Shown: positions 19,097-28,153 of the stretch, piece by piece
Layout of the letters: the number at the start of each line of letters is the position of its first letter
Position numbering within the stretch: the stretch's first letter is position 1
The notes under the pieces: model-generated
Seen by the model: only the letters and a program-made list of their open reading frames with translations
What the model was told of the DNA's origin: nothing
Databases searched by the model: none
Position numbers and translations under genes: made by a program
Source of the DNA: Thermoplasmatota archaeon
GTDB lineage: Archaea; Thermoplasmatota; JAKEGO01
NCBI GenBank assembly: GCA_028279595.1
Contig: JANQNK010000003.1
Location: forward strand, 160,001 to 224,000
Direction of reading: 5' to 3'
Length of the DNA stretch: 64,000 nucleotides

Positions 19097-19651
19097 ATGG
19101 AGATCGACGACACCCCCGTCAGCCAATGGGGTATACTGAAGATGCTGACCGTCGTCCTGTGTCTAGCGATATTCGTGAGTCCGTTCCTTCCACAGTACTG
19201 GTACGAGGAAGAGACCCGTCACGCCATCACCCTCGAGGTGATCGACACCGAGGACAAGGACGTCAACGGGTTCGACGACGATTCCGTCGGTGGCGCTTCC
19301 AACGGTCAACTTTACGTCCTCTGCAGCATGTTCATCCTAGGGTTCATATTCATCGGACACGAGATCTCGGTGGAGATCCGTGGAGACAAACAGCGGATAA
19401 ACGAACTTCTTGCGATGGCGTTCGCTTTCGTCATGTTCGTACATTCAGCAAGCTTCTCCTGGTGGCTGGCGGACCAACTCGAGGACCAGTACACCGATGC
19501 GGGAGTCGGAGTTGGTGTTTATCTTGTGGTGTTCTGCTCGCTTATCCTGATGTTGACCACATACCTCCTGTGGAGGGAGAGGGAGCGCCCTGACTTCGCG
19601 ATAGTCACGGACAAAAGGGAAGACCTAGCACCTACCGCGGACGGTCGTTGA
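19097..19651 (+). CDS. Hypothetical 4-TM membrane protein
   Basis: Four hydrophobic segments, host-like codon usage. Confidence 0.65.
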   Translation: MEIDDTPVSQWGILKMLTVVLCLAIFVSPFLPQYWYEEETRHAITLEVIDTEDKDVNGFDDDSVGGASNGQLYVLCSMFILGFIFIGHEISVEIRGDKQRINELLAMAFAFVMFVHSASFSWWLADQLEDQYTDAGVGVGVYLVVFCSLILMLTTYLLWRERERPDFAIVTDKREDLAPTADGR

Positions 19652-19652
19652 G

Positions 19653-20642
19653 ATGGTAAGACGCCCAGACAATGTCTCCCAATTGGACCTGATCTACATC
19701 TTCGGTAAACCCCATGAACTGATCAAGTTCACGGTCATCCTACTATTGTTGGGACTGTTCTCATATCTCTTCAGTTTCATGTTCATGTTTGCTCAATGTT
19801 ATTGTCCAGAGGAAGTCATCGGGTTCTTCCTGCTCGGTAATTCCTTCTTTCTGTTCGCCATACTCATGACTCTGATCTCAAAAAAACAATCCTCTGAGAA
19901 AGGATTGTCCTCCTCCCAGGCCTTTTCACTTTCCGCATTACTAGGATTTCTCGTCGGATTTCCTCTTTACACATTTCCTCCGTATTATGAACGCCCCGAT
20001 CAGCTCATATGCTTCTCGGCCTGCCTTGTGCCGACCCTTGGTCTTGTGATCGCGGCTGGTAACCTCCTCTTAACGACGATTCGTGAAACCCGTGCCCTGG
20101 AAAGCGTAAATAGATCTGATGCGTCCTTAAAGGAATTGAGAACCAGCAGGCCGTCAACGAGTGCTCGAAAGTACTATCCCCGATCAGCAGAGTCCGGAAA
20201 AGCTGCGTCTAGGAGCATCCCCCTCTTCATTTTCGTTGCGTTCATTGTAGCCTACCCGATAATGACGAACCTTCCAGAATATTTCACCGGAATGAGTACA
20301 CCCACCGCTACGATGGAGCTGAACCAAACAACAGATGGTAACTACACATTGAACACATCCTCATTGGACATTTCTTCTGTCCGACTCGAATGGGTCAAGA
20401 TACAAATCATAAATCGGACCCGAGTCCCGGTCTATCAGATCGATCTCGATGATCTTAACTCGACTCAAAATTTTTCATCCACGGTTCAGTTCATCGACAA
20501 TGATGATGACTATCGTTGGACCGAAGGGGACGAATTCCACGTTGCATCCGCTGACAACGGTGGCTATGCAGAACCAGGATTCATAATCCGTTTGATATTC
20601 GATCCTACAGATAAAACCATTGCATCGGTCGAATTCAACTAA
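19653..20642 (+). CDS. Multi-TM membrane protein with C-terminal pilin-like extracellular domain
   Basis: About 5 TM, then TPTA...DGNYT...FIDNDDD....GDEF...GG...G.IIRLI; lower GC. Confidence 0.55.
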   Translation: MVRRPDNVSQLDLIYIFGKPHELIKFTVILLLLGLFSYLFSFMFMFAQCYCPEEVIGFFLLGNSFFLFAILMTLISKKQSSEKGLSSSQAFSLSALLGFLVGFPLYTFPPYYERPDQLICFSACLVPTLGLVIAAGNLLLTTIRETRALESVNRSDASLKELRTSRPSTSARKYYPRSAESGKAASRSIPLFIFVAFIVAYPIMTNLPEYFTGMSTPTATMELNQTTDGNYTLNTSSLDISSVRLEWVKIQIINRTRVPVYQIDLDDLNSTQNFSSTVQFIDNDDDYRWTEGDEFHVASADNGGYAEPGFIIRLIFDPTDKTIASVEFN

Positions 20643-20839
20643 CGGTTCTGATAGGTCGCTATGAAACGCTCCAGCGAGCGGTCGTATGTCCTCTCGACAT
20701 CAGCTGGGAATAGGCAACCTGGAAGCTCTCCATTCCTCCAGTGCTTCTTCAGGCATTCGCAGCACTTCCCCCTGGTGCCGCACGAGGTGTAGGTACAGGT
20801 ACAATTCTCGGCATTCTCTTCGAGATGACATTCGACCAT
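20639..20839 (-). CDS. Small Cys-rich protein (DUF6485-like)
   Basis: CTCTYTSCGTRGKCCEC...ELPGCLFP...TYDRS. Confidence 0.75.
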   Translation of the reverse strand: MVECHLEENAENCTCTYTSCGTRGKCCECLKKHWRNGELPGCLFPADVERTYDRSLERFIATYQNR

Positions 20840-20957
20840 GGTCTCACATCCGTCGTCAACGCTTCGGTCAGCTACGGCATCCGCGCGCCCGCACTAACAC
20901 CCTGCGGGTGTGCGTGCGGTAGCGTCACACCTGTGATTGAAAGGGATAATGACCCGA

Positions 20958-21947
20958 TCAGTCCATGTCCTTGAGCGCCTGTGTCATGGCAGGGACGATG
21001 TCGTGCAGGTCCCCGACGATGCCGTAGTCGGCGACCTTGAAGATGGTCGCTGTCGGGTCCTTGTTTATCGCGACGATGACGGTGGATCCCATCATTCCGG
21101 CCCTGTGCTGGACGGAACCGCTGATGCCGCAGGCGATGTAGAGTTCGGGCGAGACCGTCTTTCCGGTCTGTCCGACCTGGTGGTCCTGGGCTATCCAGCC
21201 GTTGTCCACTGCGACACGGGAACCGCCGACCTCTCCTCCGAGGACCTCGGCGAGCTGGCGGATGTTCTCGAATCCGTTCTCGCTTCCGACGCCCCTTCCA
21301 CCGGCGACGATTATCTTCGCCTCCTCGAGGTTGACGGTCTTCCGGGCCTCCTTCACCACTTCGAGGAACTTGACCATCATGTCCGCGTCGACGGATTCGA
21401 AGTCGACCTTGACGACCTCGCCTGTCCTCGACGTGTCCGGCTCGATCGGTTTCATGACCCCCGGCCTGCATGTCGACATCTGCGGCCTCTTCTCGGGGCA
21501 CATGATCTGCGCCATGAGGCTGCCGCCGAAGGTCGGTCGTGTCGAAACGAGCAGTTTCGATTCCGGATCGATGTCCAGGCCGGTGCAGTCAGCTGTCAGT
21601 CCTGTGTACAGCCTCTGGGCCACACGGGGCGCGAGGTCCCTTCCGATATGGGTGGCCGGGAACACCACGATCTCGGGCTTGTACTCCTCGATGATCTTGC
21701 ATGCCGCCCTCGTGTAGGGGAGCGTAAGGAAATGTTCGACCTCGGGCGCGTCCGCGAGATAAACCGTGTCCGCTCCGTGCGCAAAGAGGTCCTGTGCCAT
21801 GGACTCGACGCCGCTCCCTATCAGGATGGCCCCGAGCTTGACACCGAGGTCGTCGGCGAGCTTCCGGCCCGAGCCGAGGAGCTCGAAGGCGACCTTCTGG
21901 ATCGTCCCCTCACGCTGTTCCGCATAAATGAAAACATCACCTGTCAT
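20958..21947 (-). CDS. etfA: Electron transfer flavoprotein alpha subunit
   Basis: GLTADC, TRPTFGG, GGRGV, QVGQTG, GISG..QH, AINKD; real start ATG 21947 after a GAGGTGA RBS. Confidence 0.93.
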   Translation of the reverse strand: MTGDVFIYAEQREGTIQKVAFELLGSGRKLADDLGVKLGAILIGSGVESMAQDLFAHGADTVYLADAPEVEHFLTLPYTRAACKIIEEYKPEIVVFPATHIGRDLAPRVAQRLYTGLTADCTGLDIDPESKLLVSTRPTFGGSLMAQIMCPEKRPQMSTCRPGVMKPIEPDTSRTGEVVKVDFESVDADMMVKFLEVVKEARKTVNLEEAKIIVAGGRGVGSENGFENIRQLAEVLGGEVGGSRVAVDNGWIAQDHQVGQTGKTVSPELYIACGISGSVQHRAGMMGSTVIVAINKDPTATIFKVADYGIVGDLHDIVPAMTQALKDMD

Positions 21948-21952
21948 TTGAA

Positions 21953-22741
21953 TCACCTCAGCACGTTCTTGTCTTGAAGACGTTCGATAAGCGTGCCGGC
22001 GGCCTCCTTTGCCGTCCCCTCTATGAGCTCGCCCTCCCTCTTCGGGACCATGACGAAGGTCTTCTTGACCTGGGTAGGCGAACCCTTCAGCCCGATCTTG
22101 GCCTCGTCGGCGTTCAGGTCGGCGGCGGTCATCTTCCCGACCTCCTTGTCCCTGTACGCGGTGACGATGCCCTTGATGGTCGGATAGCGCGGCTCGTTCA
22201 GATCGCCGATCACAGTAATGACGGCGGGCAGCGACGTCTCGAGCGTCTCGTGTCCGTCCTCGAGGGCGCGCTCGATGACCGCCTTGTCGCCCGATATCTC
22301 GACCTTGCGTGCGTAGGTCACCTGTGGGAGCTCCAGCGACTCCGCGAGCTGGGGTCCGACCTGGGCCGTGTCCCCGTCGATGGCCTGCCTGCCGCATATG
22401 ATGAGATCGAACTTCCCGATGGCGTTCACCGCCCTTGCGATGGAGTAGGCCGTTGCCCAGGTGTCTGATCCTGCAAAGGCTCTGTCGGACAGAAGGATCG
22501 CCTCGTCCGCACCCATCGCGAGGGACTCCCTCAGCGCGTCGTCGGCCTGCGGTGGACCCATGGTCAGGATTGTTATCTTCCCGCCCTCCTTCTCGCGGAT
22601 CCGGAGCGCCTCCTCGATGGCGTGCTTGTCATCGGGGTTGATGATGCTCGGCACACCCTCGCGGATGAGCGTTCCCTTCTTCTCGTCGATCCTTACATCG
22701 TTCGTGTCTGGCACCTGTTTTATACAGACGATAATATCCAT
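21953..22741 (-). CDS. etfB: Electron transfer flavoprotein beta subunit
   Basis: IVCIKQVPD, NPDDKHAIEEA, GRQAIDGDTAQVG, NEPRYP. Confidence 0.93.
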   Translation of the reverse strand: MDIIVCIKQVPDTNDVRIDEKKGTLIREGVPSIINPDDKHAIEEALRIREKEGGKITILTMGPPQADDALRESLAMGADEAILLSDRAFAGSDTWATAYSIARAVNAIGKFDLIICGRQAIDGDTAQVGPQLAESLELPQVTYARKVEISGDKAVIERALEDGHETLETSLPAVITVIGDLNEPRYPTIKGIVTAYRDKEVGKMTAADLNADEAKIGLKGSPTQVKKTFVMVPKREGELIEGTAKEAAGTLIERLQDKNVLR

Positions 22742-22745
22742 TCGA

Positions 22746-23885
22746 TCACCTCAGCAGGCTCCCCGCGATGACCATCCTCTGGACCTCGGATGTACCCTCG
22801 TAGAGCTCCGTGATCTTCGCGTCCCTGTACAGCCTCTCGACCGTGTAATCCTTAATGTAACCGTATCCGCCGTGGACCTGGATCGCATCCCGCGTTACGC
22901 GGACCGCCACGTCCGAGGCCATGAGCTTCGCCATCGCCGCGGCGACGCTGTACGGTTTTCCGGAATCCTTGATGTAGGCCGCCTTCCTCACCAGGTGGCG
23001 GGATGCGGCTATCTCTGTGGCCATGTCCGCCAGCATCCACTGGATGGCCTGGAACTTGGAGATGGCCTTTCCGAACTGCTCCCTCTCCTGGGAGTACTTC
23101 ACGCTCTCCTCCATCGCGGCCTGTGCGATCCCGACCGCCTGGGAGGCGATGCCGATCCTGCCGCCGTCCAGGGTTCCCATTGCGATCTTGAACCCCTTTC
23201 CCTCCTGTCCGAGGAGGTTGTCGGCCGGGACGGCCATGTCCTCGAAGAAGAGTTCGGCTGCTCCGTTCCCGCGGATACCCATCTTGTCCTCGACCTTCCC
23301 GACGGAGAAACCGGGGAACTCGCGCTCGACTATGAACGCGCTGATACCTCGCGCTCCAGCGGTCGGGTCCGTGAGTACGAATATGACGAACGTCTCTGCC
23401 GCCTCGGCGTTCGAGATGAAGACCTTTGAACCGTTGATGATGTACTCGTCGCCCTCCTTCACGGCGACGGACCTCTGGGACCCCGCGTCCGTCCCGGCTC
23501 CGGGTTCCGTTAGGCCGAACGCACCGAGACGTTCACCCCTGGCCACGGGGCCGAGGTACTGCTCCTTCTGGGACTCGGTACCGAACTTCTCGAGGGGGTG
23601 GCACACCAGTGAGTTGTTGACCGACATCAGTACGCCCGTCGTGGCGCAGGCCTTCGAGACCTCCTCCACGGCTATTGTGTAGGAAACGGAATCAACGCCT
23701 CCGCCGCCGTACTTCGGGTCCGTCATCATGCCGAGGAGCCCGAGCTTCGCTAGCTTCGGGACGGTCTCCCGGGGGAAACGGCCCTCCTGGTCGATCTCCT
23801 GCGCCAGGGGTGCTACCTCCTTCTCGGCGAAGTCCCGCACGGTCTGCTGGACGAGACGTTGCTCCTTCGTCAGTTGAAAATCCAT
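22746..23885 (-). CDS. bcd: Acyl-CoA (butyryl-CoA-type) dehydrogenase
   Basis: FGLTEPGAGTD, NGSKVFIS, R.QFGK, HGGYGY, YEGTSEVQR. Confidence 0.85.
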   Translation of the reverse strand: MDFQLTKEQRLVQQTVRDFAEKEVAPLAQEIDQEGRFPRETVPKLAKLGLLGMMTDPKYGGGGVDSVSYTIAVEEVSKACATTGVLMSVNNSLVCHPLEKFGTESQKEQYLGPVARGERLGAFGLTEPGAGTDAGSQRSVAVKEGDEYIINGSKVFISNAEAAETFVIFVLTDPTAGARGISAFIVEREFPGFSVGKVEDKMGIRGNGAAELFFEDMAVPADNLLGQEGKGFKIAMGTLDGGRIGIASQAVGIAQAAMEESVKYSQEREQFGKAISKFQAIQWMLADMATEIAASRHLVRKAAYIKDSGKPYSVAAAMAKLMASDVAVRVTRDAIQVHGGYGYIKDYTVERLYRDAKITELYEGTSEVQRMVIAGSLLR

Positions 23886-24023
23886 CTAGTGCACTCTCCA
23901 GATGTCTGGTCGAGCAATTGGATTTCCTTACTTAAACGTTTTCGTGACAGAGGGGTCCGACGGTCCCCTGACCAATCGATGAACGTCGTTACGGAATGCG
24001 TAACTGAGATGGACCACTTGCGA

Positions 24024-25397
24024 CTATCTCAGAGTCCTCCTCCGGCGTTTCGCTGATATCGGGATGACCACCGCCATGGACAGGAATATCAGTCCTGCCT
24101 CGAATCCAGGCGTGCCCTCGTCCTCATCCTCGGCCTCCTTCGGCGAGATGTATGCCGTGTACACGGGATCGTGCTCGATCCGATAGCCGTTCCATTCGGG
24201 GAATGCCACGGCGTACCAGAAGTGACCGAACTTGAACGCATGGGCCGCGAAGAACATGAACACCTGGGGATTCTTGAACAGGGTCTGGTAGTAATCCGTC
24301 ATCGCGTAGCAGGTCAGGGTGAACAGTCCGAGCGAGAACCCTGCCTGCCATCTTACGATCCCGAACTCCTCGTTCCTTGGAGCGACGAGCATGTTGTACG
24401 CCTGGATGTCGTCGCCTATCGTGGTGCCGTTGGTCTCGTCGATGAGGTCGTACGTTCCCCTGTAACCGACCTTGAACGCCCTCTCGTTGCTTTCTCCTAC
24501 CTTGACCTCGAGGTCGTCCGTGACGTCGGTGATGTTCCCGTCGAGCTCGTTCCCGTCGAAGTGATGGAGTGCGAACTTCGATGTGAAGACGCTCACGTAG
24601 TGGACGACGGATATGCCCATCGTGTCGGGGATATCGGTGACATTGAGCTTGAATGGGATTCCGAGGAAGACCCCCCATAGTTCGGTGACCTGGCCGATCT
24701 CGTAGAACGTCTCCGCCCTGATGGTGTCCTCGCCGAAGGTCACCTCGTAGGTGATGGTCAGTTCACTGAACTTGACGATGTATCCGGTGGCGAGCCAGAT
24801 CGACAGCTGGTTGGGAACGGCGACGGCGTAGAGGTTCCGGTATCTCATCCCGAAGGTGTACGTGTGTCCGTCCTTGTCGATGTCTATGACGTCGACCTCC
24901 GGTGCGTAGGTCTCGTTCGTCTCGTTGCCGATGACCTCACCGATGCCGAACGGGATCGCGAACAGTGTCTCCTCGTTCCCGGGGTCCGGAAGCATGTTCT
25001 GACCGGGTCCGGTGCCGTTGTACGAGTCGTTGTAGGTCATCAGGAACGCCAGGACGGCGCCCAGGAAGACCTCGTGGCCGCCGGGGGTCCAGTAATGCAT
25101 CCCAAAGAGCTGGTACGGCAATGTGGAGACGTTGTTGTCCTTGGTGTAATCGCGGAACGCGATCAGGAACGCCTGTGCGTCCCCCTCCTGGACGTAGGAC
25201 ATCGCGAACCTCGCGTCCCCTCCGTCGTGTTCGATCGTTATGTTGTCGTTCGTCCACATGTCCTCCTCGAAGGTGTGTCCGAGGAGCTCCTCCTCCTGAC
25301 CCTTCTCCCATTCCGTCGGCACGACGGCCGATACATTGGGTGTCAGGAGCATTCCAACTACGATAACTATCACGTACGTTGTGACCCATCCCTTCAT
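24024..25397 (-). CDS. Secreted surface protein with PGF-CTERM-like sorting signal
   Basis: Signal peptide; C-terminal TPGFE + TM + RRRR. Confidence 0.75.
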   Translation of the reverse strand: MKGWVTTYVIVIVVGMLLTPNVSAVVPTEWEKGQEEELLGHTFEEDMWTNDNITIEHDGGDARFAMSYVQEGDAQAFLIAFRDYTKDNNVSTLPYQLFGMHYWTPGGHEVFLGAVLAFLMTYNDSYNGTGPGQNMLPDPGNEETLFAIPFGIGEVIGNETNETYAPEVDVIDIDKDGHTYTFGMRYRNLYAVAVPNQLSIWLATGYIVKFSELTITYEVTFGEDTIRAETFYEIGQVTELWGVFLGIPFKLNVTDIPDTMGISVVHYVSVFTSKFALHHFDGNELDGNITDVTDDLEVKVGESNERAFKVGYRGTYDLIDETNGTTIGDDIQAYNMLVAPRNEEFGIVRWQAGFSLGLFTLTCYAMTDYYQTLFKNPQVFMFFAAHAFKFGHFWYAVAFPEWNGYRIEHDPVYTAYISPKEAEDEDEGTPGFEAGLIFLSMAVVIPISAKRRRRTLR

Positions 25398-25477
25398 GGT
25401 TCCCACCTAAGTAAACATCGGACTCAGGGTATTTAATCGTACTGAAAACCGGATATGTCCCTCCCACCAGCCCCCCT

Positions 25478-25571
25478 CCCCAACCTAGAATGACACTCAG
25501 GACCTAGCGATGGGTCCATTAAGAAAACCATAACTGACCCCCCGCCGGGTCCCCCCCAACGTAGAATGACA
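25478..25571. repeat. 18-bp direct repeat pair CCCCAAC(C/G)TAGAATGACA
   Basis: Copies at 25478-25495 and 25554-25571 (17/18 identical), intergenic. Confidence 0.7.
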
Positions 25572-25612
25572 GCCAGAATTGGACGACAGACCGAGGAACC
25601 AGGTCGAGTACC

Positions 25613-26002
25613 TTATGCTAGGTTGTCCAACATCATCTCGACGGCGGTGCCGATCTCGTCGCCCTCGTCTGAGGACCAGAAGCGTGAGAGAGACGTCTCG
25701 ATGCCACCGCGGACGTTGGCGGTCACAAGGACATGGACCCACTTCGGCTTTACCGCGTCAATGAAATCATCGACGACCGTGTTCAGGAGGTCCTCGTGTA
25801 TCGTGCGTTCGTCCAGGAACTCGACGAAGTAGAGCTTCAGGGACTTGAGCTCGACCAGGGCCGCCTCGGGCTCATAGGTGATCATCACCCTGTAGTAGTC
25901 CGGAAGCCCGGTCATCGGACAGCGGGAGACGACCTCCGCGGTGTCCAACCTGATGGCGTATCCCTTGTCTTCGTTGGTGTTCTCGAGGGTCTCCAATGTC
26001 AT
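25613..26002 (-). CDS. queF: 7-cyano-7-deazaguanine reductase (QueF, unimodular)
   Basis: CPMTGLPD catalytic Cys/Asp, VELKSLKLY QueF motif, HE, NVRGGI. Confidence 0.85.
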   Translation of the reverse strand: MTLETLENTNEDKGYAIRLDTAEVVSRCPMTGLPDYYRVMITYEPEAALVELKSLKLYFVEFLDERTIHEDLLNTVVDDFIDAVKPKWVHVLVTANVRGGIETSLSRFWSSDEGDEIGTAVEMMLDNLA

Positions 26003-26117
26003 CGATGTTCCTCCCCGCGGGATGATGAGGTCGGTCTCGATATAAATAAATCACCGCCGTGGGCCCGCAAATGTTCAAAGCGTTACAGATATGGTTATAT
26101 ACCCATCATTCCGAGGT

Positions 26118-26305
26118 AAGTTCGAGGGCGGGAAACGGCCCGGTCCAGCACTTATCGATCCTCGCGTTCCGGGCTCCATCCCCTTTTCAAGATCCCGCTC
26201 TCACAGACGCCACCCAATGGGGGCGTGGGAGCGGTCCTTCGCCGGGGTCCCGAAATGACCGGCATGCAGGACCACACCCCATACACCTCCTGCGCCCCCC
26301 AACCC
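26118..26305 (-). ncRNA. Candidate structured non-coding RNA (closing stem plus four hairpins)
   Basis: Complementary ends and four internal stems; G-U pairs favour the minus strand; TATTAAA about 25 nt upstream. Confidence 0.45.
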
Positions 26306-26368
26306 ATTTCCGTTACATTTCTGCAAAACGTTTAATATCGTCCGTTTGATAGTGTCCATGGTGCTCGT

Positions 26369-26887
26369 ATGAACGGTGAAGAAGCCCCTGGACAGGAATC
26401 CCGACAGCGCAACATCATGGACCTCGAGCTGAAGAAGGGCGTATCATATCTCATTGTAGATCACATCGAGGACGCATACACCCTCTTCAAACGCTATTCC
26501 AGGGAAGCGAAGGGTATGTGCGTCACGAGGACCCCTCCCGAGGAGGTCGAACATATTTACGACGTCCACAACGTCACCTTCAAGTGGCTGACGCACCTGA
26601 AGGTCGACCAGGGCGTCCGACCGACCGAGCTCCACATCCTCTTTCCCTCGATCCAGCAGTTCATGGAGGGTGGAGACTTCATCATAATCCTCGACGGTCT
26701 CGAGTACCTGAAGGTGCACAATGGCTTCGACGAGATATTGAAGTTCATCCAGTCCTTCAGGGACCACGTCTACATGAAGAAGGGACTTCTTCTCGTGCCG
26801 GTCTCCCATGATGCGCTATCACCCATGGAGATATCCCTGATTCGGAGGGACCTCATGCCGATCGAGGACCTCCTCAAGAAGCTCTAG
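26369..26887 (+). CDS. DUF835-domain protein (inactive KaiC-like P-loop domain)
   Basis: GMCVTRTPP, WLT, IILDGLEYL..NGF..ILKFI...D. Confidence 0.8.
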   Translation: MNGEEAPGQESRQRNIMDLELKKGVSYLIVDHIEDAYTLFKRYSREAKGMCVTRTPPEEVEHIYDVHNVTFKWLTHLKVDQGVRPTELHILFPSIQQFMEGGDFIIILDGLEYLKVHNGFDEILKFIQSFRDHVYMKKGLLLVPVSHDALSPMEISLIRRDLMPIEDLLKKL

Positions 26888-27699
26888 TTCTCCGTTTCCG
26901 GAACGGCCAGCTCCTCATCTGGAGCCTTGAGCAGGAGCCTGAGGTCGTCCAGGAGTCCGAGGTAGACGCCGTCGATCAGGAAAACCTTCGCCTTCTCAAG
27001 GTCGACGTAACCGTTCCGGAGGAACGGCCCGAGGAGGTCGTCGTCCTCGTTTACCGGAGATCCCGACCCGTACTCGCTGAATGCGGGCATTACGATGGCT
27101 TCGCCGTCAGGCTTCTCACCATACCTCTTCAGGAACGGCTCCTCGGCGATCGGTGCGCGCATCCAGCAGACCTCCGACATTCGGGTACCGAGGTCGTCCC
27201 TGAACGCTACGGAAGGGTGCTGATGCCCCATTACAACGACCTTCTGTTTCGCCACCTCAGGAGTAGGATATGAATGACCGTGGAACAGACCAACTCCCTC
27301 AATCACGATACCTGTCGCCGGATGGACCGTGATAAGTTCGGGATAGTCGGCCCAGCCCGGGACCAGTTTGGACAACGATCCGTCGTGGTTACCTGGGACA
27401 ATGTGTACGGGAACGATGTCTGCGACCGCCTTGAGGAAGTTCGGGACCTCGTCGGCCTCCTGCTGCGCTATGGCCCCTATAGAGTTCTTGACATCTCCGA
27501 GAAGGACGATCTCCTCGGCGCCGGTGTCCTCCACGAGCGATTTGATTCGTCTCAGAAGTCCCTTTGTCTGGCTAGGTAAAGTGACACCTGCGTCATGGTA
27601 CTCGGCCTCGATACCGACGTGGAGGTCCGCTATCACCAGGACCTTCCTCTTGCCGTCGATGAGGAGCGCAGCCTCGTCGGGCACGGGTTCTACGTTCAC
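26884..27699 (-). CDS. Calcineurin-like metallophosphoesterase
   Basis: ADLH, LLGD, GNHD, HGH, GHQHP, MPAFS; start taken at GTG 27699. Confidence 0.85.
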   Translation of the reverse strand: MNVEPVPDEAALLIDGKRKVLVIADLHVGIEAEYHDAGVTLPSQTKGLLRRIKSLVEDTGAEEIVLLGDVKNSIGAIAQQEADEVPNFLKAVADIVPVHIVPGNHDGSLSKLVPGWADYPELITVHPATGIVIEGVGLFHGHSYPTPEVAKQKVVVMGHQHPSVAFRDDLGTRMSEVCWMRAPIAEEPFLKRYGEKPDGEAIVMPAFSEYGSGSPVNEDDDLLGPFLRNGYVDLEKAKVFLIDGVYLGLLDDLRLLLKAPDEELAVPETEN

Positions 27700-27858
27700 G
27701 AGCCACCCAAAGCGGACATGTGTAAAAAGGGTATCCCGAAGCCGAACGAACTGATAGCAGGAGCACTGGGACCGGGCGCTTAAGACCACGTTGACCTCCA
27801 TGAATAACGTCCGGGCCAAGTGCTCCCTCATCCGGTTATGAAAATTGATAATTGGAGA

Positions 27859-27886
27859 CCACCCCCGGGCCCATCCCCGGGGGTGG
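27859..27886 (-). terminator. GC hairpin just outside the distal att; probable original 3' element of tRNA-Trp
   Basis: CCACCCCCGGG-loop-CCCGGGGGTGG directly abutting the att repeat. Confidence 0.55.
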
Positions 27887-27887
27887 A

Positions 27888-27905
27888 TGGTGGGAGCACT
27901 GGGAT
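27888..27905. repeat. att site (distal copy) TGGTGGGAGCACTGGGAT
   Basis: Identical to 36576-36593. Confidence 0.92.
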
Positions 27906-28004
27906 GAGAAGCCCACCGAGTACCTTGAGAATCTGAATCAATACGGCCAATTCATTCGAGAATTGTTCTCGAACCGTCCTCCGAGGATCGGTCAAACCGC
28001 TTAG
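27906..28004 (+). CDS. C-terminal half of an att-spanning ORF (complete only in the excised circle)
   Basis: 32 sense codons + TAG, in frame with WWEHWD encoded by the att core. Confidence 0.5.
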   Translation, partial: EKPTEYLENLNQYGQFIRELFSNRPPRIGQTA

Positions 28005-28020
28005 TTAGGGTTGATGTACA

Positions 28021-28149
28021 ATGGAATCGGAACTGAGTGATGAGGTTAACGAGAGGAAAGAACTAAAGAAGCACGCCGAGGACATCGAAAAGGCATTCGA
28101 CTACAATCCCGAATGGAACCACCTGAAAAAGAAGAAGAAGAAGAGGTGA
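28021..28149 (+). CDS. 42-aa protein with Lys-rich tail (not in ORF track)
   Basis: MESELSDEVNERKELKKHAEDIEKAFDYNPEWNHLKKKKKKR; its 3' end contains the GAGGTGA RBS of the next gene. Confidence 0.55.
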   Translation: MESELSDEVNERKELKKHAEDIEKAFDYNPEWNHLKKKKKKR

Positions 28150-28153
28150 ATTT

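Noticed and set aside
21948-22397. 150-aa N-terminal extension of EtfA
   Set aside because: Alternate frame of etfB; a good RBS and ATG exist at 21947.
25478-25571. CRISPR mini-array
   Set aside because: Only two 18-bp copies, spacer 58 bp, no cas genes in the window.
26118-26305. SRP RNA, RNase P RNA or a known riboswitch
   Set aside because: Diagnostic conserved motifs not found by eye; kept only as an unknown ncRNA candidate.
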